DNA of 63,705 nucleotides, filler included, from Chrysochromulina tobinii (GCA_001275005.1; 6 parts of 6 records of this genome joined end to end with filler, not necessarily neighbours in it), one strand, 5' to 3'; numbered from the whole stretch's first letter, positions 9,836 to 21,166 are shown. Translations and numbers: made by a program. The notes: generated by a model not told the origin, from the sequence alone.

Positions 9836-11467
9836 TTAGCTGGAAGTAGATTCTACTTCTAGCATTAGGGTTGGGGGAGATGGCAAGGGCTTGATGTACG
9901 AGACTGAGAGCTCGTGACGCGTGCTGACAAAGCAAACGGTGCCCGGGCTCAGGCTGCGAGCTTCTAGCTCGGCCGCGCTGACGGCGCAATCGGCGCTGGC
10001 GGCACTGGTAGTGCCGCTCTCGACGCTGACGCTTTCAGCGCTGACCGACACCGGTGACGCTTTCGGCAAGCTCGCTGAGGGAACTGCGGCGAGCGCCGGC
10101 GTTGCCGACTTGGTGGGCGAGCTGAACCGACGGCCCATGAGCCGCGCCATGAGCTGGCTCACTCGCGACGAGCGCGGCTCGGAAGCTAGCTTGCATCGTC
10201 GGGTTTCGGCGGGTTTCGTCGAGTTTCGTCGAATGTCGGACTCCGAGGCTGCGACGGCGGCGGCGTGGCGGCGAGCGGTGCGCTTGCTCGGCTTTTGACC
10301 GGCCATCCAAATCACGAGCCTGTGCTGCGCCTCAAGCTCTGCCGGGGAGAGCTCTTTGGCCCCACCTGCCAAATTTGGATAGTTCTGGTTTGAGGCGCCC
10401 GAGCCGGGAGAGTCCATGGGCAGCGGCGCGCGCGAGCCAGGCCTGTAGGGTAGTATATTACCGGGGCCCGGCCGCTTTTTCTTGCGTCGCTTCTTGGGCT
10501 TCAGCGCCTCGCTCGCCGTCGCCGCCGCCGCTGCCGCTGCTTCGACCGCGTCGCGGATGCCCTCGTAGCTGGAGTTACGACGGATGGTGACCGCGAGGCT
10601 GCCCGACTCGGCGGTGGCGGCGTCGGCAGGCACGGAGATGGGGCTCGGCAGCATCGCCCTCCGGCGTGCGGGTGGCTCGAGCTGCACGCAGAGCATGTAA
10701 GCCTTATGTGCGCTCGCGTGCGCCGGGCGGACCCCTGCGTCTGCCGGCGGCTGCAGCGCGTACATGACGATGCGGATCGCCGTGTCGCGACCGATGACCG
10801 AGCCAATGTCGACGGTGCCCACGGGCGTTCCCTTCACCTTCCACGCGAAAGGGTCGATGCACGTCGAGAAGGTGCAAATCGTGTACGTGCAGTCAAGCCG
10901 AATCCCGATCGGCCTGCCGCCCTTTGGGTGTGTTCTGCCGCCGGTGATGTCGGTGCCCAGCGTGGGGGGCGCCTCGCCGTCGGGCGTCTCCACGACGATG
11001 TCGCAGCCCTTAAAGTACGGCGAGACGAGGTGCGGCATCTCGTAGTCGATGCCGCCCTTGGCCGAGCCGAAGGAGACACAAATGTCTGGCTCGTAGGAGC
11101 GTACAAAGTTGAAGAGAGTGTTACAGACGCCGCGCATCAGCATGCTCAACCGGAGCACCTCGGAGAGCTCCAGACCGATGAAGAAGCGCTCGGGCGTCCG
11201 CTTGAAGCGGCCCTGCAGCTGAATCTCAAAGTAGCGCCTGCAGAAGGTATCCTGCGTGCTCACATGCACAGCGGGGTCGCGGACGAAGAGAAAGCATGTC
11301 CCTTCGAAGTAATCGTTGGATATGTGCGTCGGTCTGCCCGCCCGCACGATGACGGGCTCCACCGCGGAGGTCTCCGACGTCTCAAAGCGGGCTAAATTCT
11401 CCATCCGCTCTTCACATCCAGAACGAGGCCGTCGCTCTTGGTGTCCTTGGTCGGACTCCGTCATCAA
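9836..11467 (-). CDS. DUF1769-like domain protein with low-complexity C-terminus
   Basis: 543-aa ORF. SNDYFEGTCFLFVRDP, RRYFEIQLQGRFKR and YTICTFSTCID resemble DUF1769. Confidence 0.65.
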   Translation of the reverse strand: MMTESDQGHQERRPRSGCEERMENLARFETSETSAVEPVIVRAGRPTHISNDYFEGTCFLFVRDPAVHVSTQDTFCRRYFEIQLQGRFKRTPERFFIGLELSEVLRLSMLMRGVCNTLFNFVRSYEPDICVSFGSAKGGIDYEMPHLVSPYFKGCDIVVETPDGEAPPTLGTDITGGRTHPKGGRPIGIRLDCTYTICTFSTCIDPFAWKVKGTPVGTVDIGSVIGRDTAIRIVMYALQPPADAGVRPAHASAHKAYMLCVQLEPPARRRAMLPSPISVPADAATAESGSLAVTIRRNSSYEGIRDAVEAAAAAAATASEALKPKKRRKKKRPGPGNILPYRPGSRAPLPMDSPGSGASNQNYPNLAGGAKELSPAELEAQHRLVIWMAGQKPSKRTARRHAAAVAASESDIRRNSTKPAETRRCKLASEPRSSRVSQLMARLMGRRFSSPTKSATPALAAVPSASLPKASPVSVSAESVSVESGTTSAASADCAVSAAELEARSLSPGTVCFVSTRHELSVSYIKPLPSPPTLMLEVESTSS

Positions 11468-11752
11468 TTATCACAGTTTGCAGACCAAATTTAGGACCAG
11501 AAGAATTATATGTAATTGTGAACACCAAAGTTTTCGCCATGAAGGTATGAGAATCCCGAGCTCGCGCCATGCCTTTGTCCGTCTCGGAAGACACAAGCAC
11601 CAATCTTTGAGCACAGACCAAAATACATCAAGTTTCGCAGCGGCGTGCTCCATGCAGGTGTGATCATGATTAATAGAAAAGTTCCCGGACCAACCTGACA
11701 CTAGCGTGGAGCCCGTGTAAAATACGCAGACCTCTGATGAGGGTGTGGGAGG

Positions 11753-12394
11753 TCAAGACTCGGCGCGCCGCCGCACCACCGCGCCGAAGACGACGGCGAA
11801 CGTCGCGCCTGCGGCCGCGCCCGCCAAGATGTACGCCGTGTAGTCCGCGGAGCACGTGGTGCGGCGCGCCTCCGGGTCGGCGTCATGGTGCTCCGCGAGC
11901 GGCCCGCACAGTGCGATCGCCTCTCGCTGGTCGATGAGCCCGCCTTCAATCCAATGTGCGTCCATGCTCGCCTCGCACTGGATGGCTGAGAGCAGCCGGA
12001 ATGTGGCTGCCGCGCTCCACGCGCGCCCTTGCTGGTTGACGGCTGCAACCCTCACGCCGTACTCCGAGCCCGGGTACAGATCAGAGAGCACGACGCTCTC
12101 GCTGCCCACGCCCACCCAATCAGGGTGCCAGTGCACCTCGACCGAGTCCTTCACCTGCCACTTGACGACGTAGTGCGTCGCCAGCCCGCCCTCGTCCGGC
12201 ATCGCATGCGCCCAGCTCAACCTCGCCGATTCGTGAGTCACTGCGATGCTCAGATTGCACGGCGCGCCCGGCGCGGCAAGCAGCCATCCAGCCGATGTCC
12301 TCGGCGCTGCCGTCGGCGGCGGTGATGCCCTCGGCGGCGATGCCCTTGAGGTGGAGCAGCCAGGAATCAGCAGCATCAGTGCCAGGCGATCCAT
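11753..12394 (-). CDS. Fibronectin type III domain single-pass membrane protein
   Basis: PGAPCNLS..SARLSW..HYVVKW..LSDLYPGSEYGVRVAAVNQQG is an FN3 signature, followed by C-terminal TM YILAGAAAGATFAVVFGAVV. Confidence 0.75.
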   Translation of the reverse strand: MDRLALMLLIPGCSTSRASPPRASPPPTAAPRTSAGWLLAAPGAPCNLSIAVTHESARLSWAHAMPDEGGLATHYVVKWQVKDSVEVHWHPDWVGVGSESVVLSDLYPGSEYGVRVAAVNQQGRAWSAAATFRLLSAIQCEASMDAHWIEGGLIDQREAIALCGPLAEHHDADPEARRTTCSADYTAYILAGAAAGATFAVVFGAVVRRRAES

Positions 12395-12659
12395 TCCAGC
12401 CAAGAGCGGCCGCGAGCGTTCTCGCCATCCACGCCTCGCTGTTCTCATCCTCGGCTCAATGTGCTAGGCGCTCACTCACGCTCCACCGTGAAAAGCTGTG
12501 AGGTGCGAGCGTTCACACCGCGCGCAAGAGTGCCCAGCAGGTCCGCGAGCTTCACAGCGAGATCACACTATTCTCTGATGTCACACCGCGCCCAAGCATG
12601 AACACAGAAGAGAAAGACCCGATTATTAAACAAGCCTTTCAGTGCTCAGATCCAATTGC

Positions 12660-14115
12660 TCAGATCGTGGCCGCGGGAGCCGGCTGCGGCGCAGCAGGGC
12701 AGGCCCAGGCGGCGGTGTCCTGGATGAAATATGGATGGTCGGCCGGATGGTCGTACTGTGCAAAGTGCTCCGGGTTCTTGCGGTAGCACTTGGTCCCGAA
12801 ATTACAAACTTGCTTGCCTGGGGCACGCTCGTAGAGCGGCGCGGGTGGTGCATGAGCATAAGGGAGCGGATGCGTGGGCAGCGGCTGCAATGGCAACGGC
12901 TGCGGCACTGGCGCACAGGTCGTCGTCGTCGGCTGCCCACTCCAGCCATTGACAGTCGATGGCTGCCGGGGCTGTAGAAAAGGCACTGACAGTGTCGTCG
13001 CATATGGCACTGGCAACGCTGGTGGCCCCGGCTGCGACCACGACTGCGACCACGGCTGCGACCACGCCATTCCCGGCGGCGGCGGCTGCGGAGCCTGCGG
13101 CTGCGGCAGCAGCCACTGAAAGACGGGAAGCGGCGGCTGCGTCGGCTGTGTCCGCTGCGTCGGCTGCAGCGGCTGCGGCGGCTGGGGCGGCTGGGCCAGC
13201 TGGGCCAGGTTCTTGCGCTTCGCAAGTGCGGCCGCCTTGTTCGCCTCCAGCCGCTCCCTCTGGGCCTGGCTGAGCGCACTGCCTCTCTGACTTCCGCCCG
13301 GACTACTACTGGCGCCTGATGTGGCGGTGCAGTTCGCTCTGGCCGCGGCTTGTGTGTCTCCAATGCTGGCGTAGAAGCGCGCGACGCGCGCATTCGCCGT
13401 CACCTTCTTTGGGTCGAAGGAGAGTAGTCGCGTCGACTGGAGTGAGACGACACGCGAGAGGGCCACGTAGGCCATCCCATCATCGAAGCAATGCGCAAGG
13501 TCGACCTCGGCTGCGGGGAGAGTCATGCCCTGGCTCTTGTGGATCGAGATGGCCCACGCGAGCTTGAGAGGTACCTGGTCGCGCCGCGCCACCTTCTTGC
13601 CCGACTGCTCCAGCTCCCAGGAGGCAGGCGTGACGAGCATACGTAGCTTTTGAGGCCGTGCGAGCGTCCCCACCTCGAAATCGACGACAGGGTACATGGG
13701 CAGTTGAGCCATCGAGGCCACCTCGGATGCGGCGGCGGCGGAGGTGGCGTCGGCGAGGGTGGCGTCAGACGCGCCGGCGCCGTTCGCGGTCGTGCATGCG
13801 GCGCGGGCGGCGGCGGCGGTGATCGCGGCGTCGATCTCGGCGGAGCTGGGATCGCACGACGACGAAGGGGTGGAGGAGCACTCCGCCGCCTCTGGTTCGC
13901 CGAACTGCGACGAGAAATCGAATTGGCGAAGGGCGGCCGCGACCGAGGCGGCGGAGGAGGCGGCCAGCCCGCTGCTGCTCGTCTCAGTCTGGTTGCTGGT
14001 GGGAGGCGCGGGCCTGCTCGGATAGCATGCATCGTCCGACATGGACGACGAGCAGCTGTCGGCCTCCGTCGGTACACCCGCGACAGCGGCAGCGAGGCCA
14101 GCGCCGCCTCTGCTG
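12660..14115 (-). CDS. PIF1: Pif1-family helicase, C-terminal part (5' end lost in gap), with RPA32-binding-like motif and PBZ zinc finger
   Basis: QVPLKLAWAISIHKSQGMTL and GMAYVALSRV are Pif1 motifs V/VI. CNFGTKCYRKNPEHFAQYDHP is a PBZ finger. The frame is open up to the gap. Confidence 0.85.
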
Positions 14116-14215
14116 NNNNNNNNNNNNNNNNNNNNNNNNNNNNNNNNNNNNNNNNNNNNTTAATTAATTAANNNNNNNNNNNNNNNNNNNNNNNNNNNNN
14201 NNNNNNNNNNNNNNN
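14116..14215. other. Artificial contig linker
   Basis: N-run + TTAATTAATTAA + N-run, 100 bp. Confidence 0.97.
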
Positions 14216-16093
14216 CGGCGGCGGCGGCGACGGCGGCGGCGGCGGCGGCGACGGCGCGGCCACATGCAAGTGCGACGAGTGCGGCATCCGGTATTGCTCC
14301 GAAGAGCACCGTACCAGTGCTTGGATGTTAGGGCACAAGCACAGCTGCGGCTGCGGCCTGCCGACGCCATCGGGCGTGTTTGCGGCCAACGCCTCCACCA
14401 CGATGGCCATGCTGCAAGAGTTTGGCGGAGCGCAGCGGGCGGTGGCGGAGGCGGCGCTGAGCCGGCTGGCCGTGCTGCTTGAGATGGCGCGCCTGCAGCA
14501 GCTCCCGAGTCGTCCCACCACTCCGCCGGGCTTGCAGATGAGCGCCTCAGCAAGCTCCAAGGCGAGCGGCAAGGCGCACCCAACGGTCGAGCAGCATTCA
14601 CATTCACACCCAACGGTCAAGCCTCTTTGGACGACTCATCTGTCGCCGTCGCATCCAGCATGGAGGCCGCCGGTTGCCACGGGCGGGGGTGTGAATGTGA
14701 ATGCCGAGGGTGCCGAGGTGCATGGGGGCGAGTCGCTCGGGGCGGGGGCGGCTCACATTCACATTCACACGCAGCTCGGCCTCAGAGATCGCCTCGACGC
14801 AGCGGCAGAAGAGGCGTTGCAAGATGTGGCCGCAACGAGCATCCAAGCCGCCAGCCGAGGCCGCGCCGGTCGACGCGCGGCTGCGTCAGCTCGCGACGCT
14901 GCGTACGCGGACGCCGACCATTCACATTCACACTCACATGCAGACCGCTCTGAGTCGTCAAGCTCACCCGGCGGGCGCCATGGCGGGCGCCTCACCGGCA
15001 CCGGAGCCAATGCCGTTACGCCTGCGGCGGCGGCGGCGACGAAAATGGACCCTTACACTGAGGCCGAGGAGGGCGCCCTACTGCGGGTCAGCCCCGTCTT
15101 CGTCGCAGGCCTCGTGCGCGCGATGAACGCATATCGTAGCGCGGCTGAGCTCCAGTCCCTCTGCGGCCGAATCGTGTGCCTGCTTTCGGAGCTGGGCAAG
15201 GAGCAGAGCCGGGAGCTCTCGTGCCAACACGGCGCTCTTGAGGGCCTCTGCAGTGCGATCCGCACCCACAGCACCGACGGCAACGTGCTTCGGTGGGCGG
15301 CGATGGCGTTGCTCGGGCTCACCGCGGACTCGGCGGTTCGCTCTCATCAGGCGGTCGAGGCTGGCGCCGAGGAAGCGCTTCGGCTCGCCATGCAGGTGTG
15401 CTGATTGCCTCTGATGACCTCTGATTGACTCTGATGACCTCTGATGACCTCTGATGAGGAAGCACTTCGGCTCGCCATGCAGGTGTGCTGATTGCCTCTG
15501 ATTGCCTCTGATGACCTCTGATGACCTCTGATGAGGAAGCGCTTCGGCTCGCCATGCAGGCTGCGCAGCCGGTGACCGCCCGCCAACGGCAGCAAGGCTC
15601 GAAGGCCTCGCGCACGCCGAAGCCGGCGTGGTTCGAAAAGGTGAAGCTCGCTCACCAGTGCATGCAAGTGATCACCACGGCGCCGCGCATGCACGTGCTC
15701 ACCACGACGCAACCACCCTCTTCCCCACAGGTGAAGCTCGCTCACCAGTGGCTTGTGATGCACGGCAAGCTGCTCGCGAAGCCGATCCTGGAGGACGCGA
15801 AGACGGCGGCGGCTGAGATGGCGGCGGCCAGGAATGCGGCGGCCTGGGCGGAGGCGGCAGCGGCCAAGGCGGCGGTAGAGCAGGCGGCGGCAGAGCAGGC
15901 GGCGGCAGAGAAGGCGGCGGCCGAGAAGGCGGCGGCAGAGCAGGCGGCAGCGGAGAAAGCAGCGGCAGAGAAGGCGGCGGCGGACAAGGCAGCGGCCGAG
16001 AAGGCAGCGGCTGCGACGTCTTTTAAGAAGGTCGCGAGCGAAGTGGCCAAGAAGGCAGATACAGGAGGTAACCCAAAGGGGAAACAGAAGTGA
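14216..16093 (+). CDS. 5'-partial protein with MYND-like finger, IQ motif, armadillo-like repeats and AAAEK tail (introns 15396-15559 and 15641-15730)
   Basis: CDECGIRYCSEEHRTSAWMLGHKHSC, IQAASRGRAGRR and ARM-like GALEGLCSAIRTH..VLRWAAMALLGL. Both introns are phase 0 and keep the frame. Confidence 0.65.
15396..15559 (+). other. Decamer-repeat intron ending in a 27-nt copy of the upstream exon end
   Basis: GAGGAAGCGCTTCGGCTCGCCATGCAG at 15369, 15456 (1 mismatch) and 15533. GTGTGC donor. Confidence 0.85.
15641..15730 (+). other. Cassette-type intron beginning with a 20-nt copy of the downstream exon start
   Basis: GTGAAGCTCGCTCACCAGTG at 15641 and 15731. TTCCCCACAG acceptor. Confidence 0.75.
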
Positions 16094-17024
16094 TTGGACG
16101 GTTCCAGTTTGTACCCAGGGGGCACAGTGTCGGAAGTGCCGCTCTTTGCTGCCCCACCCCCTGTCCTGGACATCAATGAAACTTCGACGTTCGAGGGCTT
16201 CGAGGTTCTTCGAGGCACGCGAGGGGCCTGGGGGCGGTCGGAGGAGAGTGCAGAGAGAGTCGTCGTTTCTATTGAGGGGCACGGCACGCGGCGCGCAGCC
16301 CCCGTGTACGGGTACGCGCGTTTCCTAGTCCCACAACGATAGTGTAAGGATCCAAACGAGAAACGTCAAACGACGCGTCGACGACCAAAAACCCCATGAT
16401 AACAACCGATCCCGCTGAACAACTACAACAACAGCCTGAAAACAAGTTACTTGGTGCACTGTCTCGTCCTCCCGCGGTGCGTCCACCCGCCCGACCTCCA
16501 CCGCACGCACATCCGTCACCGACACACGCACACGATGCGTTGGCCGTTGCTCTTACTACCAGAGGGTGAAAGTCCTGCTGGCGTGGAGCAAGCCTGAATT
16601 GGCCTCGTCGCCCCCCCTTGCCCATGCCCCCCAAAATACAGTCTATACAGTGCTCGGCACGTCTCTTCCACATAGCACCCAGTTCGTTCCCAGCAAGGAA
16701 CGACCCACACACGTGCTCTCAAGAGACAGTGATCAGTCCGAGGACGAACGAGCTTTCTCCGAGCTACGTAGCTGGTAGCTCTCGTACCTCGTTCGCGGCC
16801 ACCCTCAGGGCTTCCCCCTCCCGACCTGTGAGAGGGGCTCCTCCGCAACCTCCTCGGCCGGTCGACTCGGCGCTCGACTCGGCGCTCGACTCGGCCGCTC
16901 CCTCTGCCGCCTTCTTCTTTGCGGCTTCACGAGGGTTCGTCATCTTACTCGTCATCCCCGATCCCATCCTTCTCCAACTTCGTCACCCTAAGCGTCACCC
17001 CACCGAGGGGAGCGAGGGGATGTC

Positions 17025-19760
17025 TCACCGAGGAGCGAGGCCTGCAGACTGGGCGGTGCTGCTGGCCGGCTGCTCGCCCATACTGGGCCCTGGAGGAGCG
17101 CCCGGCACGGCGCTCGGCGGCACGCCCATGCTCTCGAGCTGCTCCCGATTGCTCTTCATGGCAAGGTCGTCCTCCTGCTGCCGCGCCGCCTCGTGCGCCC
17201 GATTGCTCTTCATGGCAAGGTCGTCCTCCTGCTGCCGCGCTGCCTCGTGCGCCCGATGCTCGGCTTTGCGCTGCTCCAGGGCCCCCGCCTCCCTCACCGC
17301 ATCGATGAGCTCCGCACTCGATTTGAAGAGCGCGATCGGCGACTCGACGAACACAAACGACACCGCCTTCCCAATCTCCCTCCCGAGGTCCGAGGAGTTG
17401 GCATCCGTCGATGCTTTGGCAACAGGTGTGGCAGTAGGGCTGGCGGCCCCTTTCTCAGGAGTCGGCGTGAGACTGTCCCTCGAACGGCGGGGTGGCGGAG
17501 ACACTTTGTCTGACGGCATCTGAGGTGACTCGGGCGTAGCTGGCGCGAGCACGTCCCTCGAACGGCGAGGCGGTGGAGCCGGAGGCCCCGTCTGCAGAGA
17601 AACCCTCTTGCCCGCCTTCTTCGCGGCCGCGGCTTTCATCGCAACCTCAACCAACGCCTCCTCAGCCGCCGCCTTCTTAGCTGCTTCCATCTTGGCGAAA
17701 GAGGCAGTCCGCTGTGTTCTTGGCGATCCCGGCAGATTCTCGTCCCAGAGATCGAAGTCCACATCATCCTCTTCGTCGGCCACCTTCTCGGCCGCCGCCT
17801 TCTCGGCCGCCGCCTTCTCGGCTGCCGCCTTCTCGGCCGCCGCCTTCTTTGATGCAGGGGATGCGGACAAGTTCTCGAACTTCGCCACGTTCCAGAGATC
17901 AAACCCAATGTCCTCATCATCCTCATCCGCTGCCTTCTCGACCTCAGCACCCATCACCCTCTCCGCGACCGTCGCGTCATCGGCTGCCTTCTCGACCACC
18001 TTTTCGGCCATCTTTGTCGTCGCCTTCTGGACCCTATCGCTTGCCTTTTGTTGACGCGACAGCCATGCAAATAGGACGATGACGAGGAATGCACCACCAC
18101 CACCAAGCAATGGAGCTGGCGCAATGCTCCAACACCAGCGTGCCATGTCGGCGACCTGTGCAGCCTTCAGAGAAGCCAGCGGCACAACGATCGACATGAA
18201 GTCCTCTATGATGCCCCGTGGCTTGCGTGGGGCAGGTGGCGCGGGTGGAGGCGGTGCAAAGAAGGACATGAAGTCGTCGTACAGCTTGGTTGCGTGCGAT
18301 GGTGCCGCCCTCTCTGCAGCCGCCTTCTCGGCCGCCGCCTTCTCGGCCGCTGCCTTCTCAGCTGCCAGCTTTTCGGCCGTCGCCTTCTCGGCCGCCGCCT
18401 TCTCGGCCGCCGCCTTCTCGGCCGCTGCCTTCTCGGCCGCCAGCTTGTCGGCCGCCGCCTTCTCGGCCGCTGCCTTCTCGGCCGCCGCCTTCTCGGCCGC
18501 CGCCTTCTCGGCCGGTGGCGCGGGAGGAGGCGGTGCAAAGAAGGACATGAAGTCGTCGTACAGCTTGGTTGCGTGCGATGGTGCCGCCCTCTCTGCAGCC
18601 ACCTTCTCGGCCGCTGCCTTCTCGGCCGCTGCCTTCTCAGCCGCCTTCTCGGCCGTCGCCTTCTCGGCCGCCGCCTTCTCGGCCGCCGCCTTCTCGGCCG
18701 CTGCCTTCTTTTCGGCCGCCAGCTTGTCGGCCGCCGCCTTCTCGGCTGCCGTCTTCTCGGCGGCAGCCTTCTCGGCTGCCGCCTTCTCGGCCGCCACTTT
18801 CTCGGCCGCTGCCTTCTTAGCTGCCAGCTTTTCGGCCGCCGCCTTCTCAGCCGCTGCCTTCTCGGCCGCCGCCTTCTCGGCCGCCGCCTTCTCGGCCGCC
18901 GCCTTCTCGGCCGCCGCCTTCTCGGCCGCCGCCGCCTTCTCGGCCGCTGCCTTCTCGGCCGCTGCCTTCTCGGCCGCTGCCTTCTCGGCCGCTGCTTTCT
19001 CGGCCGCCGCTTTCTCGGCCGCCGCCTTCTCGGCCGCCGCCTTCTCGGCCGCCGCCTTCTCGGCCGCCGCCTTCTCGGCCGCCGCCTTCTCGGCCTCCAC
19101 CTTGAGCACCGCCGCCTTCTCGGCCGCCGCATTTTCGGCCTCCACCTTGAGCACCGCCGCCTTCTCCTCCGCCACCATTTGAACCTCAACCTTCTCCGCC
19201 GCCGCCCTCTCCATTTCATCTGGAGGAGCAGCCCTCGCCGCCATCCCGGCCGCTGCTCTCGCCACCGCCTCCTGCATAGTCCCCGCCCATGACGCCGCCT
19301 CCCCTGTCGCCGTCGTCGCAGCTGCCCGCACGTTGGTTAGGCGGGGGGACTGCGCGCCCCACTTGGGTACCGCGTAGCCGACCAGTACGGAAGGAAACAC
19401 GACAAGACCAACCAAGAAGAGAGCACAGGACCACCGAGGTCGGTTGTAGTTCCAACGTTGGACTTGAGGCTCTGCCGCCGCTGCAACAGCATCTGGCGTG
19501 AGCACGGAATTGTCGCTTGCCCCTCTCGGAGGGCTCGTACTCTCTCTTGGCGCAGGAGTCTTTGTCTTTGAAGCATCCGTGCGCTGCCGAGCTGGTGATG
19601 CCACGCTGCGCACGGACGTGGTCGATGGGGCGCCAGAGACTCGAGAGGACTGGACAGGTGTGCCGTACGCATGACCGCTGCGATGCTCGCGGTGACTCCG
19701 CTCGCCGAGCGGCATGCGGACACCTGTCACAGATGACACTGTCTCCTCGTTTGACTGCAC
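17025..19760 (-). CDS. Membrane protein with two TM segments flanking a long (AAAEK)n helical repeat
   Basis: 911-aa ORF with two hydrophobic segments, a 15-nt repeat array at about 18310-19140 and duplicated [24 protein letters not shown]. Confidence 0.7.
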   Translation of the reverse strand: MQSNEETVSSVTGVRMPLGERSHREHRSGHAYGTPVQSSRVSGAPSTTSVRSVASPARQRTDASKTKTPAPRESTSPPRGASDNSVLTPDAVAAAAEPQVQRWNYNRPRWSCALFLVGLVVFPSVLVGYAVPKWGAQSPRLTNVRAAATTATGEAASWAGTMQEAVARAAAGMAARAAPPDEMERAAAEKVEVQMVAEEKAAVLKVEAENAAAEKAAVLKVEAEKAAAEKAAAEKAAAEKAAAEKAAAEKAAAEKAAAEKAAAEKAAAEKAAAEKAAAAEKAAAEKAAAEKAAAEKAAAEKAAAEKAAAEKLAAKKAAAEKVAAEKAAAEKAAAEKTAAEKAAADKLAAEKKAAAEKAAAEKAAAEKATAEKAAEKAAAEKAAAEKVAAERAAPSHATKLYDDFMSFFAPPPPAPPAEKAAAEKAAAEKAAAEKAAADKLAAEKAAAEKAAAEKAAAEKATAEKLAAEKAAAEKAAAEKAAAERAAPSHATKLYDDFMSFFAPPPPAPPAPRKPRGIIEDFMSIVVPLASLKAAQVADMARWCWSIAPAPLLGGGGAFLVIVLFAWLSRQQKASDRVQKATTKMAEKVVEKAADDATVAERVMGAEVEKAADEDDEDIGFDLWNVAKFENLSASPASKKAAAEKAAAEKAAAEKAAAEKVADEEDDVDFDLWDENLPGSPRTQRTASFAKMEAAKKAAAEEALVEVAMKAAAAKKAGKRVSLQTGPPAPPPRRSRDVLAPATPESPQMPSDKVSPPPRRSRDSLTPTPEKGAASPTATPVAKASTDANSSDLGREIGKAVSFVFVESPIALFKSSAELIDAVREAGALEQRKAEHRAHEAARQQEDDLAMKSNRAHEAARQQEDDLAMKSNREQLESMGVPPSAVPGAPPGPSMGEQPASSTAQSAGLAPR

Positions 19761-20028
19761 CCAAACGGCGGCGGGCTCCGCGCCGCATACCGGTACAAGT
19801 TACCTGATTTATCAACTTTCATGCAGGGCGACCGCCCAAGGGCTTCTCGTGCCACAAATTGGTCCGACTGGTCCTGTTTGCGGGAAAGCGAAGCATGCTT
19901 CGAGCAGACGTGGGGTGAACTCACCAAGTTAACGCCCCGAACAGCCGCACTAAAACGCTCTTCTACAACCTACGTACCTCACCGCATGCCACCGCTCATC
20001 CCGGTCGTGTCAGGAACGTCTCACCTCC

Positions 20029-21166
20029 TCAAGTCCCTGGGCCAAAGATTCGGGGCAGAGCCTTCCCGGCATACGCGGCCGCCGTGGTGTCCATGAGCGT
20101 CGTCTTCGAGCCCGAGCCGGGCGGTTTCAGGACGACCCGCATCGTCAGCGCCAGCCGATCGATCGATCTCCCAGCGAGATGCGGCCTCGGGTCCGACATA
20201 TGGAGCATGTGCCGGTTCATCAGCATGCACTCGCCCGGAGCGAGGTCGAGGTAACGGAACGCGAAGCCGCACTCCGTGGTCGAGGCGTACTCGCCCAGTA
20301 CCTGTGGGGAAGGAAGGGCGCCGTGGTAAGCACTTGCATGCAAGGCAGGGTCCATCTTAGGTGGTCGAGGCGTATTCGCCCAGCACCTCCTTGTCGTGGC
20401 CATACGTCGGCGCCGCCTCGGGCGCGGGCGCGTCCCCTCCGCTATTCCGCACCTTGAGCACCGCCCCGGTGGGGTGGAAATGGTACGCGGTCGGCGGGTC
20501 ACGTCCGGTGGACGACGCGGCATCCACCATGAACATGTTGCCCTGCATCGGGCAGGCGCTATCGGCCGACAGCAGGTACCACAGCTGGAAGCCGCCGCAC
20601 GCCGGCCAAAGGTCCCATTCGGTATCGGTGTGGATCATCGGGAACGGTGCCCCTCGCTCCAAGCCCACGCCGCAGTAGATGCAGTCGCTGAGCGTCAGAG
20701 AACGACCGTATGGCGAGGCGTCCACGTGGAGGAGAAGCGCCTCGACGAGCGCATCGAGCGCCGCACGTTCGCTCACCTCGTCCACTCGCCACTGCGACGC
20801 GTGCTCCTCGGCCAGCTTCGTCAGCTTCGGGAGCAGACTGCGAGCTTTCGGCGCCACGATGGCGAACGCTCCGTCTGCGCAGGAACGGCAATCTAGTACG
20901 TGGCCAGCTCTGAAATTGCGGGCCGAGGTACGAGGAGCGTGGTCGAGAAGCGGCAGCAGGGTGCTGTAAGCCTGCTGCTTGAGCAGCAACGAGTGCACCG
21001 TGTGCCGCATGAAGTGGCTCACCGCCGACTGCTGACGCCGCTCGGCAAGGCTCTTCTTGTGACGGCGCTTGAAGAACTGAGACGACCCAACAAACCATAC
21101 GAGAAGGACACCAACTAGCGCTCGCGCGAGGATGGTTCCAAGGTCGTCCAAGGTGCCACTTGCCAT
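20029..21166 (-). CDS. PhyH-like 2OG-Fe(II) dioxygenase-fold protein with N-terminal TM anchor, 2 exons
   Basis: IHTD (HxD), GFQLWYLL, LAPGECMLMNRHMLHMS (distal His) and RLALTMR. Intron 20302-20386 restores the frame. Confidence 0.65.
20302..20386 (-). other. Cassette-type intron beginning with a 26-nt copy of the downstream exon start
   Basis: Intron start GTGCTGGGCGAATACGCCTCGACCAC versus exon start GTACTGGGCGAGTACGCCTCGACCAC. Ends GCATGCAAGTGCTTACCACGGCGCCCTTCCTTCCCCACAG. Confidence 0.85.

Noticed and set aside
16988..17028. Possible 41-nt terminal intron in the AAAEK membrane protein gene
   Set aside because: GTGAGA and TTAG are present, but the intron would be very short and there is no protein homology to test the frame.
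18079..19292. Long antisense and alternate-frame ORFs (SAAAF, RRRRP, LLGRR repeats)
   Set aside because: Shadows of the stop-free 15-nt AAAEK repeat.
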